From NCBI GenBank assembly GCA_051313645.2, contig JBNRSN020000001.1, positions 145,886,001 to 145,950,000 of the forward strand: 64,000 bases of DNA, read 5' to 3'. The notes under the pieces were generated by a model. That model was not told where the DNA came from. It searched no databases and saw nothing but the letters and a program-made list of their open reading frames with translations. Of this stretch, positions 12,939-26,311 are shown piece after piece (positions within the stretch are counted from its first letter, which is position 1; every line of letters begins with the position of its first letter). Both the position numbers and the translations under genes were made by a program. This stretch comes from Centroscyllium fabricii. Lineage: Eukaryota.

Positions 12939-13774
12939 GGGGGGAATTTTTCCAGAAGGGTGGGAACCTGGCGGGGATTGGTCTGGGCGGCTTCTGGTCC
13001 CGCCCGCCCAACAAGCTGGGAAGCCCACGCAATTTTACGTTAATGAGGTTGTTAAATCCCCGTCGGCAGGAGCGGGAGGTAATTAGGTGAATCGAGTCGG
13101 GCTGGAGCGGAGCTGCGAGCACTTTGATTGACAGTTCCAGCACTGGTTGTTGTCAGTTCCCATGGCAACACTCCACTGTGACATCACAGTGGAGTTTAGC
13201 CAATGGGAAAGGCCAAGTGCTGGTGACTGACAGGTGGGCGGGCGGGCTCAGAATCCCTCACAGCCGGTGCAAGCTGTGAGGTCATTGTGAGAACTGAGAT
13301 TGCTCAGTTTCTGTTCTCAGCTGATACTGAAGGCAGAACGGAGTTACTATCTCCTCTAAGGTGCTGGAGGCATGCCAAGCATTTGGCAGCATGTCCTTCA
13401 CATCCTAAAGGAGAAAGTAATAAATTCAGGAAGTCACACAACACCAGGTTATAGTCCAGAAGTTATAACCAGTGCTGTGCTCCTGCTGGGTTTCACCCAG
13501 CGGGGATTAAGGTGGCTGGGTTAGGGCAGAAAACATGGCAAAATGGCTGAGGGCCCTTAAAATGGCATTAAAGATGCCAATTAAGGGCCCTTAACGAGGT
13601 GACAACCCATCCCCGCTGGCCGGCCGGCGGGAAGGTTTCGGGGCGGGGAATCTGGATGGGGGAAAATGAGAAAGCAGCGGGGATCCGGCGGGGAGGGGCG
13701 GGACACACGGTTCCGCTATTTTGCCGGCCGGGCCGCCCAAAACCCCGCCTCACGGGGACATGAAAATACCCCCC
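12939..13774. mobile_element. MITE with 3-bp TSD (Harbinger-type)
   Basis: TIR ggggggaatttt / aaaatacccccc; TSD aat on both sides. Confidence 0.75.
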
Positions 13775-14574
13775 AATGTAGGAACAGTCCATGGTGATTA
13801 AACAATTTGCTCTATGTTATCGAACAAATTCCCTTCCCTACCTAATGTCACTGTGGGTGTACAATCACTACAAGGACTGCAGCGGTTCGAGAAGGCCCAC
13901 TGCCACCTTCTCACAGGCAGTTAGGGATGGGCAATAAATGCAGCTTTTCCTGTGTCGCCCACATTCTGAGAGCAAATGTAAAAAAAATTACGTATTATAA
14001 AATGTTCCCATTAAATAGCATCCAGTGTGTTATGTGACTGATCTAATTCCATCATCTGTATTTGAGTTCCACATCCATGTTTTTTAATTTATTCCCAGCT
14101 ATGGTTCTGGTCACTTCATTACGCAAAGTTCCTCAACTGAGAAAGCAGATAGCCACCATTACAATACTGTGACTGGCAACTGATAAATGCAGGGGTGATG
14201 GCCAATGTGTTCACCCCTAATTTATTTTTTGGGTGCACGACCCCTTTACGGGGCCGCATGGCCCATTCACAATTTAACATTGAAAAAACCGGTCCCAGGC
14301 TGCGTGAGACTGCAGAGGGCTGCGTGGCCGCGCAGCTTAGAGGGAACACTGATGGCCCCTCTGATTTACCTTTTCTGCAGGGCAACATTGTGATCAGTGC
14401 TTGTCCACCATATAATGGCTAAGGTTGGGAGTAATCAAATGGGAATGGACAGCCATGAACCATGCACTAGCATACTGGAGTACCAATGTGCTGCATCACC
14501 CATTATTTTAAGTTTAATGAATAAAGCAAAATGTTGTTATATTTTGCTAATCAACATATTTATTTTATCTGCAG

Positions 14575-15105
14575 GCTGCTGAGAAAGAAGTGATATGGGT
14601 TATGCGGACTTCAGTCATTCTGTTTGGAGCTGCAGCTACAACATTGGCACTTCTAACAAACTCAATTTACGGCCTGTGGTTCCTGAGTTCAGAATTAGTG
14701 TATGCCATACTGTTTCCACAGTTTGTCTGTGTCCTCTTCATCCCAAACACAAATGCATACGGATCTGCTGCAGGATATGTTATTGGATTAACCTTGAGAC
14801 TATTAGCTGGCGAACCTTTCCTTCAAATCCCGCCTATAATTCAATATCCAGGCATTTCCTTTGCGAATGGCACCTATGAGCAACTCTTTCCATTTAAAAC
14901 TTTCACAATGGTGCTGTCCTTACTTTCTACTGTGATGTTCTCATATCTGGCCTCGTTTGTATTTAATAGAAAGCTTCTACCTGTAAGATTTGATGTTTTC
15001 AAAATTACTGATAAAACTCAGGAGTTGCCTGCAACACCAGAGGAACAAATTACTTTAAATGATTGTAACAATCATAAACTGGAGCCTGACAAGAGCCACA
15101 TGTAA
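14575..15105 (+). CDS. SLC5A7: SLC5A7-like terminal coding exon
   Basis: Acceptor tttatctgcag|GCT in phase 0 with the previous donor; AAEKEVIWVMR...YGLWFLSSELVYAILFPQ...TNAYGS...QLFPFKT; stop TAA ending at 15105. Confidence 0.92.
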   Translation, partial: AAEKEVIWVMRTSVILFGAAATTLALLTNSIYGLWFLSSELVYAILFPQFVCVLFIPNTNAYGSAAGYVIGLTLRLLAGEPFLQIPPIIQYPGISFANGTYEQLFPFKTFTMVLSLLSTVMFSYLASFVFNRKLLPVRFDVFKITDKTQELPATPEEQITLNDCNNHKLEPDKSHM

Positions 15106-15442
15106 CAATTACTACTTTAACATTTATTAGCTCCACAGATACTGGTTTCCAACAAAGGTGTTGGGGATGTATTCCCTGCTTCTCCCTCTCCGCCGCCGTA
15201 ATGTCATTGGAAGTGTGATGAAAACTCCCGTTTACGTGTAAACGGGGTTTCAGATGCTCTTCCGCCAAAGTTATGGCGAAATGGGAGAAACCAGAGGAAA
15301 TGGGTGAAGCCAGAGGAAATTCACCCCCATCGTTTACTAAATATGCATAGTAATCATGACCTTTTTATGTCGAGAAGTGATGCTTTTTATCATAATTGCA
15401 GAGTGACTGAGAGGTTCTTGTCTCCAAGAACCTTTAGCCGCC

Positions 15443-15448
15443 AATAAA
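15443..15448 (+). promoter_or_regulatory. Candidate polyadenylation signal of the SLC5A7-like gene
   Basis: First AATAAA seen after the stop codon. Confidence 0.35.
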
Positions 15449-18023
15449 CACTGGCTCCTCTATTTTCTAGAAATTTGGATGGCGATCCATAATTCTGGAT
15501 CTTCCTCATTACGCAGGGCCAGAAAAAAAACGGGCAGGAAATTCATTCTAATATGTAATTTAGAAGGGGTTAACATTGGTTTCTCTGGCGCACTATTTCA
15601 CAACATTCGTGAATTAAGCTGAGTGAGGTTTACACCCATAAAACCTCAGCATCCAGAGTTGCTTGAGAATCAACTATAGTCATACGAGAATAATTCTGAC
15701 TTCAATAGAATTAAAAAACGGGAGATGGAGAATGAATTCACTATCACCCGTTTTATATTATCGCATAAAGTCAAAATTACACAATGTTCATTTAAAAAGC
15801 CGAGTAAGAAGATTCATCGGACAGTCCTAGAACATAGAAAATGTCCTGAGGCCATTTCTCAACTTTTTTTGTGCTTTTGCTGTTGCCACTTGTATTTGTT
15901 TGCCTTCCCCCACGCCCCCAGCCAATGGGTTTCTCAATAGGAATCTCCCTATTTGAACTTTTTACAGGAAGAAAAGAACCAACGAATGGACATCAGACAG
16001 AGCAGACATCACCAGGCATGCTCTGTGCTCACCCACCAGTACCTGCACACATGCATCTACAGATAGAGGTGCATTTCCTTCGCTTTTGATATGTGAAGGC
16101 CTGACTATTGTAATTCTGAATGTGAACTCCCCAGTCACAGTGTTTCATTCTTCCAGTGGTACTGCAGGAAAGAGGGAATGCTCAATAAGCAGTATCGCCT
16201 GATTGGCTGCACTTCCCAAGTAGCTGTCTGCCCTGACCTGGCAACCATTGAACTAGAGCCTCATACAGCCCTCATGAAAAGTCTGGAGCCTATGAGAATA
16301 CAAGGCCAAATCTTGAATTGTATCTAGGATATCTAATCCAGCTCCAAGATTCATGTGAAGGTGGATGGGAGACTCACTGGGGAGAAGTTTATCCTTGTTG
16401 CATCTGTTTTCCAGGTGGAAAATGGGAGGCTAAAAGGACCAATTTCACAGGGCTATGTCCCACACCCCAATATTGTCCTCAGACGATATTCAGGTATCCC
16501 AGGCAGTCCTCTTAAACATCATTAGTCCTCTTGAATATGTCAATAAGGAGCCTAACGCCTGTTTAAGCACCTTATCCAGACCTGCTCCACTCAGTTTTTA
16601 CAATGTTTACTGTGGTCTAATCAGCGCCACAAACAAATAGGTATGTTTTTTTCTAATTTTATCTTCACGTGGACCCAGGAGAAACAGGAGTGCTCCTCGT
16701 GGCTCCACCGCACTCCTGAGTCTGCTGTTGGTGCGTGCTAGCCTCGTACCATTCTCCTTCCATCTACCCCCTACGACCTACCTTAGGGCCACTGCTGGCA
16801 AGACAACCAGTCCAAATGGAAATATTCAAGCTGGCTCTGGAGGGGTGACAGATGTCAGGGACCAATTTCGGGAGATCCTTGGTCCGATCTCTTCAGATGT
16901 GCATTGCGGTTGCACCACCTGTTTCGTGCCCATAGTCTGGTGCTAGCCAATTTCCACCCATTGAATTTGTTCCTTGCAAGAAGACTGAGGCAAAGTTGTG
17001 CACTCTTACCCATCCTACTTGTGTCTTCATCAATGATGTGTTGGGTGACATTATACTTATACTTGGAGAGTTTTTTCAAGGCATTTCTGAAAATATTGCG
17101 CTCACCTGGTAAACTAGCTTACTCTACTCACCATCTTGAACCATGGGGTTACCAGTGTTGGGTGCCCCACAATGCAATATTGTGGCCTTGCATGACCTTT
17201 GGAAGATAGAGGGGCATCAGTTCCAATTGTTATTTCATATCGGTACCTGGAAGTCCTAATGAATGCCAGCCTCAGCCTGGACACAGTCCTTCATTTGAGT
17301 GCCTACAGATTTCAGTGCCGAAACCTGTGACATGAAAGCTTTAAGATCATCCAAGAGCTAAATTGGATGAAGAGACATCAGCCTAGTTGTTTGAGAAAGT
17401 CTGGACCAAGTCTCGGACTGGCTAGAGGCAGGAAGGGGCTGCTCCATCACAACAGCCTGCTTGCTAATTAAGTTTAAGGGATCAGTAGCTCGGGCAATCG
17501 CATCCTAGTATAACTGGTTTAGGTGGATAACCAAAGCTCTGGGAGCTTAGTTGTAAAGCGCAGGCATTGTACAGCTGGCAGTGTGCTGCACGTGTACTGC
17601 AGACATTGGACTGCAGGCTGGGGTTGAGGTTAGGTGGAGACTGTGGTGATATTGAACAACTTCTGGGGGAAGGTTGAATGGTGAACACTGTACATGTCAC
17701 TTCCTGTGCCCAGGTAGTATAAATACTGGAGCTGCTCAGTATGGGGGAATGCTTCATCTGGAAGTATGGTAAAACCCACCCTTGTAAATAGTGACAATAT
17801 AGTGGATTAAAACTTTACTTTAGAGTTATTGATGTATAAGACTCGTTTATTACATCAATTTAATCCACTAAAGACATCACGCTCAAAATCCTTAAAACCT
17901 TTGGACAACTCGGAACTGAGGTTCCAGGGAACTACCCATCATGGAAAGCATTCTTAGACCTAAAAGTCTTGATCTGGACCCAAACGCAACAGCAGCTGCC
18001 AAGGTATGGAAGCATTGGTACCA

Positions 18024-18850
18024 CATTGCTAAGGGGATTGAGTATAAAAGCAGGGAGGTCTTGCTGCAGTTGTACAGGGTATTGGTGAGACCACACCTGG
18101 AATACTGCGTGCAGTTCTGGTGTCCCTATTTAAGAAAGGACATACTTGCTCTCGAGGCAGTGCAGAGAAGATTCACTAGGTTAATTCCGGGGATGAGGGG
18201 GCTAACATATGACGAGAGGCTGAGTGGATTGGGCCTCTACTCATTGAAGTTCAGAAGAATGAGAGGCGATCTTATTGAAATATATAAGATTGTGAGAGGG
18301 CTTGATCGGGTGGATGTGGTGAGGATGTTCCCAATGGTGGGTGAGATTAGGACTAGGGGGCATAATCTTAAAATAAGGGGCTCCCATTTCAAAACTGAGA
18401 TGAGGGGGAACTTCTTTACTCAGAGGGTGGTGCGGCTGTGGAATTTGCTGCCCCAGAGAGCTGTAGAAGCTACTACGTTGAATAAATTTAAAACTGAGAT
18501 AGACAGTTTCCTGGAATTAAAGGGAATTAGGGGTTATGGTGAACGGGCTGGTAAGTGGACGTGAGGCTAGGTTCAGATCGGCCATGTGATCTCCTGGACC
18601 AGTTTTCGATCGCCTAGATGGGTCGGAGAGGAATTTTCCTGATTTTTTTTTTCTCCAAAATTGGCTACTGTTTTTTTTTAATCTGGTTTTTCACCTCTCC
18701 CAGGTGATCACATTGGTCTGGGTGGGGTGGAGAGTAAAAATAAAATTGAGGTTAGGATCAGATCAGCCATGATCTTGTTGAATGGCGGAGCAGGCTCGAG
18801 GGGCCGATTGGCCTACTCCTGCTCCTATTTCTTATGTTCTTATGTTCTTA
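18024..18850 (+). mobile_element. 5'-truncated CR1 LINE inserted in gag of A
   Basis: LVRPHLEYCVQFW...LEAVQRRFTRLIPG...FFTQRVVRLWNLLP; (ttatgttc)n tail; gag frame resumes after it. Confidence 0.92.
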
Positions 18851-21505
18851 TACCTTTGAGAACTTTCTTGAAGAATGTAATACGGATGTTACGACTAAAC
18901 TGAGGATACTTGTGAACTATGTGTCCCCAAATGTGTATGAATATGTTGATAAATGGGAAAGCTATGATACTGTAATCCAAGCACTTAAAGAACTATATAC
19001 TAAGACCCCAAATGAGGTCTATGCTAGACATCTACTGTCCATGGCCCGACAAAGGCCAGGGGAATCAATTAACAAATTCCTTCAAGAGCTTCGCAGGATC
19101 AGTGTAGATTGTAACTTTAAGGCAGCCTTGGCTGAGGAGTACTGCAAAGAAAAGATTTGAGATGCTTTCATCTGCGGGATTGCCTCTCCATTTATACGCC
19201 AGCGTCTACTAGAGAAGAAAACGCTTGAGCTACAAAGGGCTTTTGAGCTGGCTTGTTCTCTGGACTTGGCAAAAAGAAATGCAGACCTCTATCAGCTGCC
19301 CAGATCTCAAACTGCTGCTGCAACTGCAATCAAACCATTCAAGGGGCCTCAAGTGGACCCTATCATGGAAGAATCTAGTCCTGATGAGTTCAGTGATGAG
19401 GAGGAGGATGACCCCACTTTAGCAGCCTCTTGGCAATCTAGGAAGAAATGTTTCTTTTGTGGAGATTTTTTCACCCTAGGAAATTCTGCCCTGCTCACAA
19501 TGCGATCTGCAGTCATTGCAATAAAAAGGGACACTTTGCAAAAGCTTGCCAATCAAGAGCCTCTACAAGGGCCTATCAAGCTAAAGCCTACCGAACTGCC
19601 CCAATTAGGGCCTATCAAGATGCTCCAGCTAGGACCTATCGAGCTCCCTCCCGAAGAAGCACACTTAGAGTTACAGCCACTCTCTGTGCAACCACACCAA
19701 TTACAGCTGCTTGCTCTCAAAGCTTGTTTCATGCAGCTACAAAAGTTTCAATTAATGGGCATACCTTAGATGCCTTAATTGACTCAGGAAGTACTGATAG
19801 TTTCATTAAAGAACAGATTGTTGAGAAATTGAAACTACATATCTTCCCATTGGACCAGGCAATTGCAATGGCTCAGTCATCACTTAATACCAGAATCTCT
19901 GGCTTTTGTATTATTGACATGACACTTAATGGCCACATGTATCCCTCCACCCGACTCTCGGTGCTCAAGGACTTATGTAGTGATCTCATCCTAGGGCTGG
20001 ATTTTCAAAAACAGCATAAAAAACTCATCATTGAGTTCAGCGGATCCAAACCTGGACTTACTATTTCTAATATACCGTCTATTACCATCTAAATTACCGT
20101 TTTGTGCACTATCAGCAGCTTCACTTGATGAACCCTCATTATTCGCCAGTATTCCTCCTCAATGCAAACCAATAATAACCAAATCTCGAAGCTTCAGTCA
20201 GGAAGATCAATCTTTTATTGAGACGGAAATCTCTCGACTTTTAGCAGAGGATATCATCGAACTATGTTCATCGCCCTGGCGGGCTCAAATCGTCATCATT
20301 AAGAACCCTCTAAAACCCCACAAAAAACAACTATGCATTGATTATTCTCAAACCATCAATCAATATACTGACCTGGACGCCTACCCATTGCCACGCATTG
20401 ATGACATGGTTAATAAACTGGCCGAATACAAAGTGTTCTCAACTTATGATTTAAAGAGTGCCTATCATCAGGTACCCTTAAAGGTCTCAGATAAGAAGTA
20501 CATGGCCTTTGAGGCTAATGGACGGCTGTACCAATTTCATCGCCTCCCATTCGGGGTCACTAATGGAGTGGCTGTCTTCCAATGAGCAATGGATGTCCTG
20601 GTTAAGCAGGAAAACTTAAGGGGCACTTTTCCCTATCTTGATAACATTACTATTGCAGGCCATGACCAGCAGGAACATGACGCCAACCTCCGAAAATTTC
20701 AGGTGCCCTCCATCACCGTAACTTAACTTTAAATGAATCCAAATCTGTGGAATCGTAACCGACCATCAACATTCTTGGCTACTGCATAGGCAATGGTATC
20801 ATTAAACCAGATCCGGAAAGACTTCGCCCGCTCCAGGAGCTCCTTCCACCTAACAATCCGGCTTCTTTACATCGGGCCCTCAGTCTGTTTGCATACTACG
20901 CTAAATGGATTCCGAATTTTTCAGATAAAATTCAATCCTTGCTGAATGCTAGAACATTTCCATGGGGAACAGTGGCTGTTGCAGCCTTTAACCTTCTCAA
21001 GAAACAGTTGGAGAAAGCAGCTCTTCACTCCATCAACGAGAACCTCCCTTTCGTAGTCGAATGTGATGCCTCGGAGGTGACGACCTCAGCTACTCTAAAT
21101 CAGGAAGGTCGCCCTGTAGCATTTATGTCCAGAACCTTACAAGGTGCCGAGATACATTATCCTCCGGTTGAGAAGGAAGCCACAGCCATTATAGAGGCGG
21201 TACGGAAGTGGAACTATTTCCTAGCTTGTCGGCACTTTACATTAATCACGGACCAGCGATCAGTCGTCTTCATGCTCGATAATCAAAAATGAACTAAAAT
21301 TAAGAACAATAAAATACAGCTTTGGAGAATGGAATTGGCCTCTTTTGGTTACACCATTCACTATCGACCTGGCAAGGAGAATGTGGCACCAGATACCCTC
21401 ACATGAGCATTCTGCTCCGCTATGTCATCCTCTACTCTCATAAATATCCATGATGGATTGTGCCATCCTGGCGTGACTCGCATGCTACATTTCGTGTGAT
21501 CACGG

Positions 21506-24500
21506 TGATGTGCTAATCAATTATGCCAGTCTTTGGTGAATCGTAATCAAAGGCTTTTATTCGCTAAGAACAAGACCTGGTCCGCGATGAGTCCCGCCCG
21601 GAATGAGAGTCAGGTGGGTGGAGCATCCTCCTTTATACTCATACCCGGAGGCGGGGTCAGCTGCTCCAGGTCCTTACAGAAAGGAACAACTTTATTAGCA
21701 CAAACTATATACAATAATAACACAGTGTGAACTACACTAAATGGTTCACCACATTCACCCCTTCCTTAAAAAACAAGTCCCGCGGGGCGAACATCAGCAC
21801 TGCGTTATCAGTCTTTGAGGAGGTCGAACAGTCCGAGAAGACCTGCGAAGCAATGGTGATTCACATGAAAAAGCGGGAGTAGTCGCAATCGGAAAAGATG
21901 CTGACGGAGCTCCCGAAGTGAACAGGGACTCCACCGGTGCAAGAGGAGGTTCATACGCAGGAAGATCTGGTGGAGGTGTAGCAGCCGCCAGAGGTTGAGC
22001 AACGTGGTGAACTCCATCGTGCATTGTAGGTGGCAAGGGCCCCGATGTAATGTGTGCTGGTGAATGAAAAGTAGGCCCCTGTTGTTGAAGTGCGACCTGG
22101 GAGGGCAAGGGCTCCGCCAACAACTCCCCGTGAACGTCTCCAGCGGGCGCGTAGTCTCTAATCGAGACGGTATCCTCACGCCCGTCTGGGTACTCCACGT
22201 AAGCATACTGAGGGTTGGCATGCAGCAGGCGCACACGTTCAACAAGAGGGTCTGTCTTGTGCCCCCAGACATGTCTACGAAGCAGGACCGGCCCCGGGTT
22301 GGTAAGCCACGTCGGCAGCGACGTCCCCGAAGTCGATTTCCTGTGGAAAGAGAAGAGTCCCTCGTGAGGAGTGCAACCGGTAGCTGTACACAAAAGGGAA
22401 CGAGTAGCGTGGAGCGCATCCTGGAGGACCTCCTGCCAGTGGGAGGTTGGAAGGCCTTTGGATCGACGGGCCAGAGAAATGGCCTTCCAGATGGTCCCAT
22501 TAAACCGCTCTACCTGGCCATTCCCCCGGGGGTTGTAACTGGTCGTTCTGCTCGAGACAACCCCCCTCGCGAGCAGAAAGTGACGCAGTTCGTCGCTCAT
22601 AAAAGAGGACCCCCGGTCGCTGTGTACGAAGCCGGGGAGGCTGAAAATGGCGAATAGCGTGATAAAATGCTTTATCACTGTTGCACTCGTCATATCTGTG
22701 CATGGGAATGCAAAAGGGAAACGGGAGAACTCGTCGACCACAGTGAGGATGTACGAGTAACGATTGGTAAAGGGGAGGGGACCTTTAAAGTCCACACTCA
22801 GGCGCTCGAATGGGCGGGTGGCCTTGATGAGGTGCGCCCTGTCAGGCCTGTAAAACTGGGGCTTGCACTCAGCACAGACAGGGCACTCCTGCGTCATCGC
22901 CTTGATCTCCGCAATGGAATAAGGGAGATTGCGTGATTTGACGAAGTGAGCGAGGCTGGTGACCCCCGGGTGGCAGAGATTAGCGTGGAGGGTCTTCAGA
23001 CTAACCGACTGGGCACTGGCACACGATCCTCGGGACAGGGCGTCCGGGGGATCATTAAGCTTCCCTGGCCGGTACAGAATGTCGTACTCAAAGGCGGAGA
23101 GTTCGATCCGCCAACTGAGGATCTTGTCATTCTTGATCTTACCCTTCTGTTTATGGTGGAAAATAAACGCTACTGACCGCTGGTCAGTAAGAAGGGTAAA
23201 ACGCTTACCGGCCAAATAGTGGCGCCAGTGGCGCACTGCTTCCACAATTGCTTGGGCCTCTTTTTCCACTGAAGAGTGGCGGACTTCAGGGCCCTGTAGG
23301 GTACAGGAGAAGAAAGCAACGGGCCTGCCTGCCTGGTTGAGGGTGGCGGCCAGGGCGAAGTCTGAGGCGTCGCTTTCGACCTGGAAGGGGAGAGACTCAT
23401 CAATAGCGTGCATGGTTGCCTTGATGATGTCCTGCTTAATATGTGAAAATGCAATTTGGGCCTCTAATGGGAGCGGGAAGGAGGTAGCTCTGAGGAGAGG
23501 CCGGGCCTTATCAGCATAATGGGGAACCCATTGTGCATAATACGAGAAAAACCCCAGGCATCTCCTCAAAGATTTGGGGGAGTGCGGCAGAGGCAGCTCT
23601 TGAAGGGGGCGCATACGTTCGGGATCAGGACTGAGGACCCCGTTCTCAATTACGTAGCCGAGGATAGCACACTTATCCTCATTGTAAGTGAGGTTCAGAT
23701 GCTGGGCCGTACGGAGAAACCTGTCCAAATTGGCATCGTGATCTTGCTGATCATGGCCGCAGATCGTGACATTGTCCAAATACGGGAATGTGGCCTGCAA
23801 ATGGTACTGGTCAACCATTCGGTCCATCTCCCGTTGGAAGACCGAAACTCCATTGGTAACCCCAAAGGGGACCCGGAGGAAGTGAAAAAGGCGCCCATTT
23901 GCCTCAAAGGCAGTGTATTTACGGTCCTCAGCTCTGATGGGGAGCTGGTGATAGGCCGACTTAAGGTCGATCGTGGAGAAGACCTTATGCTGGGCAATCT
24001 GGTTGACCATATCATTTATCCTAGGAAGCGGATAAACGTCGAGCCCAGTGTAGCGGTTAATGGTCTGACTATAGTCAATGACCATGCGCTGTTTGTTGCC
24101 TGACTTAACCACTACCACCTGGGCCCGCCACGGGCTGTTACTGGCCTCGATGATGCCCTCCCGCAACAACCGGGCAACCTCTGCCTTAATAAAGGTGCGG
24201 TCCCCCGCGCTGTATCGCCGACTCTTGGTTGCAATGGGCTTGCAGTCAGGGTCAAGGTTGGCGAACAGCGAGGAGGGGTCTATCTTCAAGGTGGACAGAC
24301 TGCAAGAGGAGTGTGGTTGTGAGGCAGGGCAGTCGCGGCTGCTGACCGTGAGAGGAGGCAGGGGACCACCGTATGCCATCGTTAAGCTCTGCAGATGGCA
24401 CTGGAAATCCAGGCCAAGCAACACAGGGGCACAGAGCTGTGGGAGGACGTACAGTGGAAAGTTGCGGTATGTCGTCCCCTTCATGGTAATGGTGACTGTA

Positions 24501-24832
24501 CAGCAGCCGATGACGTCCACAGTCTGGGACTCGGAGGCGAGGGAGATTTTTCAATGCGTGGGCCTAACCCACGCATCGTAAAATTGATGCGCTAATCAAT
24601 TATGCCAGTCTTTGGTGAATCGTAATCAAAGGCTTTTATTCGCTAAGAACAAGACCTGGTCCGCGATGAGTCCCGCCCGGAATGAGAGTCAGGTGGGTGG
24701 AGCATCCTCCTTTATACTCATACCCGGAGGCGGGGTCAGCTGCTCCAGGTCCTAACAGAAAGGAACAACTTTATTAGCACAAACTATATACAATAATAAC
24801 ACAGTGTGAACTACACTAAATGGTTCACCACA
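21506..24832 (-). mobile_element. Gypsy element B, gag-deleted, nested in the integrase of A
   Basis: TSD cacgg; 248-bp LTRs 21506-21753 and 24585-24832 differing at 2 positions; open 908-codon pol frame 21794-24520. Confidence 0.95.
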
Positions 24833-26311
24833 CACGGACTCTCCCATTTTCTACTGGAGATATAAAGAAAATGTGCTCAGAATGCCGAATTTGTGCAGAA
24901 TTGAAATCTCAGTTCTTCCGCCCCTCAGATGATGCTCTCATACACGCAACCCAACCGATGCCCTCTTCAACACGGAACACATATTTGCTCACCATGATTG
25001 ACGAATATTCATGATTTCCATTTGCCTTCGTCTGCTCCAATATGCTGGCTTCCACAGTAATCAACTGCCTTGAGCAGGTATTTTCTCTCTGTGGCATGGC
25101 GGCCTACATTCACTCGGATCGGGGTCCATCCTTTATGTCAAGTGAACTCAAGGACTACCTCTCAGTACGGGGAATTGCTACAAGCAAAACAACGCCATAC
25201 CATCCCATCGGAAATGGACAGGTAGAGAGATATAACGGTATCATCTGGAATTCCGTACGTCTTGCTTTAAGATCTCAGGGCCTACCAAACCAGCAATGGG
25301 AAGCAGTGCTTCCAGATGCATTGCACTCTATACGGTCCCTTCTTTCTACAGCCACAAATACTACACCTCATGAACGGTTCATTAGATTCCAGCATCGCTC
25401 ATCTTATGGGACATCTCTTCCGCCATGGCTAACTACTCCTGGACCCATACTGCTCCGAAGATACGTTCGGACGTCTAAAAATGACCCTTTTGTGGATGAG
25501 GTCGAACTAACCGATGTCAACCCTACCTATGCCTACATACGATATCCTGATGGTCGAGAGTCATTACGGGACCTGGCTCCCTGCCCACCAGAACCTAGAG
25601 GGACACTGAGTGATAATACCCTACCAGGGGCCTCTAGGGACCCACCGGGTACCCCTCTCCAGGACCCTGATCTGACACCAACTAGCTTTGTGCCGGTAGA
25701 ATCCCACACTCGAAGTTGCGACGCGCCTAGTACCTCTTTCCAGGACGCTGACCAGACACTGACCGACTCGAAGCCCATGGGGGCTCGTACACGGAGTCAT
25801 GATCCTCCCAGTACCACATGCCAAAATACCAATCAGCCGCAGACCAGCTCTGTACCTCCCGCTGACCAGAGACAAACCAACTCTGCACCTATTGGAACTC
25901 GTACGCGGAGCTATGATCTCTCCGACCCATCACAGGGTAATCCAAGCCACACAAATTCCGACCAGTGGATAACAGCAGGTAAATGGTCCAGAGACCCAGA
26001 CATTGTACGTAGGGACGGGCTGTCAATCTTACGACGAGAACCCAAACGGGTGCGACTCTTCCTTGTTCAGTTACTCCGGAATAAAAAGAAGACCCCAGCC
26101 TTCTAATCTTGTAGGAGGGAAGAATGTGGTGATATTGAACAACTTCCGGGGTAAGGTTAAATGGTGAACTCTGTACATGTCACTTCCAGTGCCCAGATAG
26201 TATAAATACTGGAGCTGCTCATTTTGGGGGAATGCTTCATCTGGAAGTATGGTAAAACCCACCTTTGTAAACAGTGACAATATAGTGGATTAAAACTTTA
26301 CTTTAGAGTTA

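Noticed and set aside
17941-18564. Gag-CR1 in-frame fusion ORF
   Set aside because: Chance in-frame insertion of a truncated CR1 into gag of a dead element
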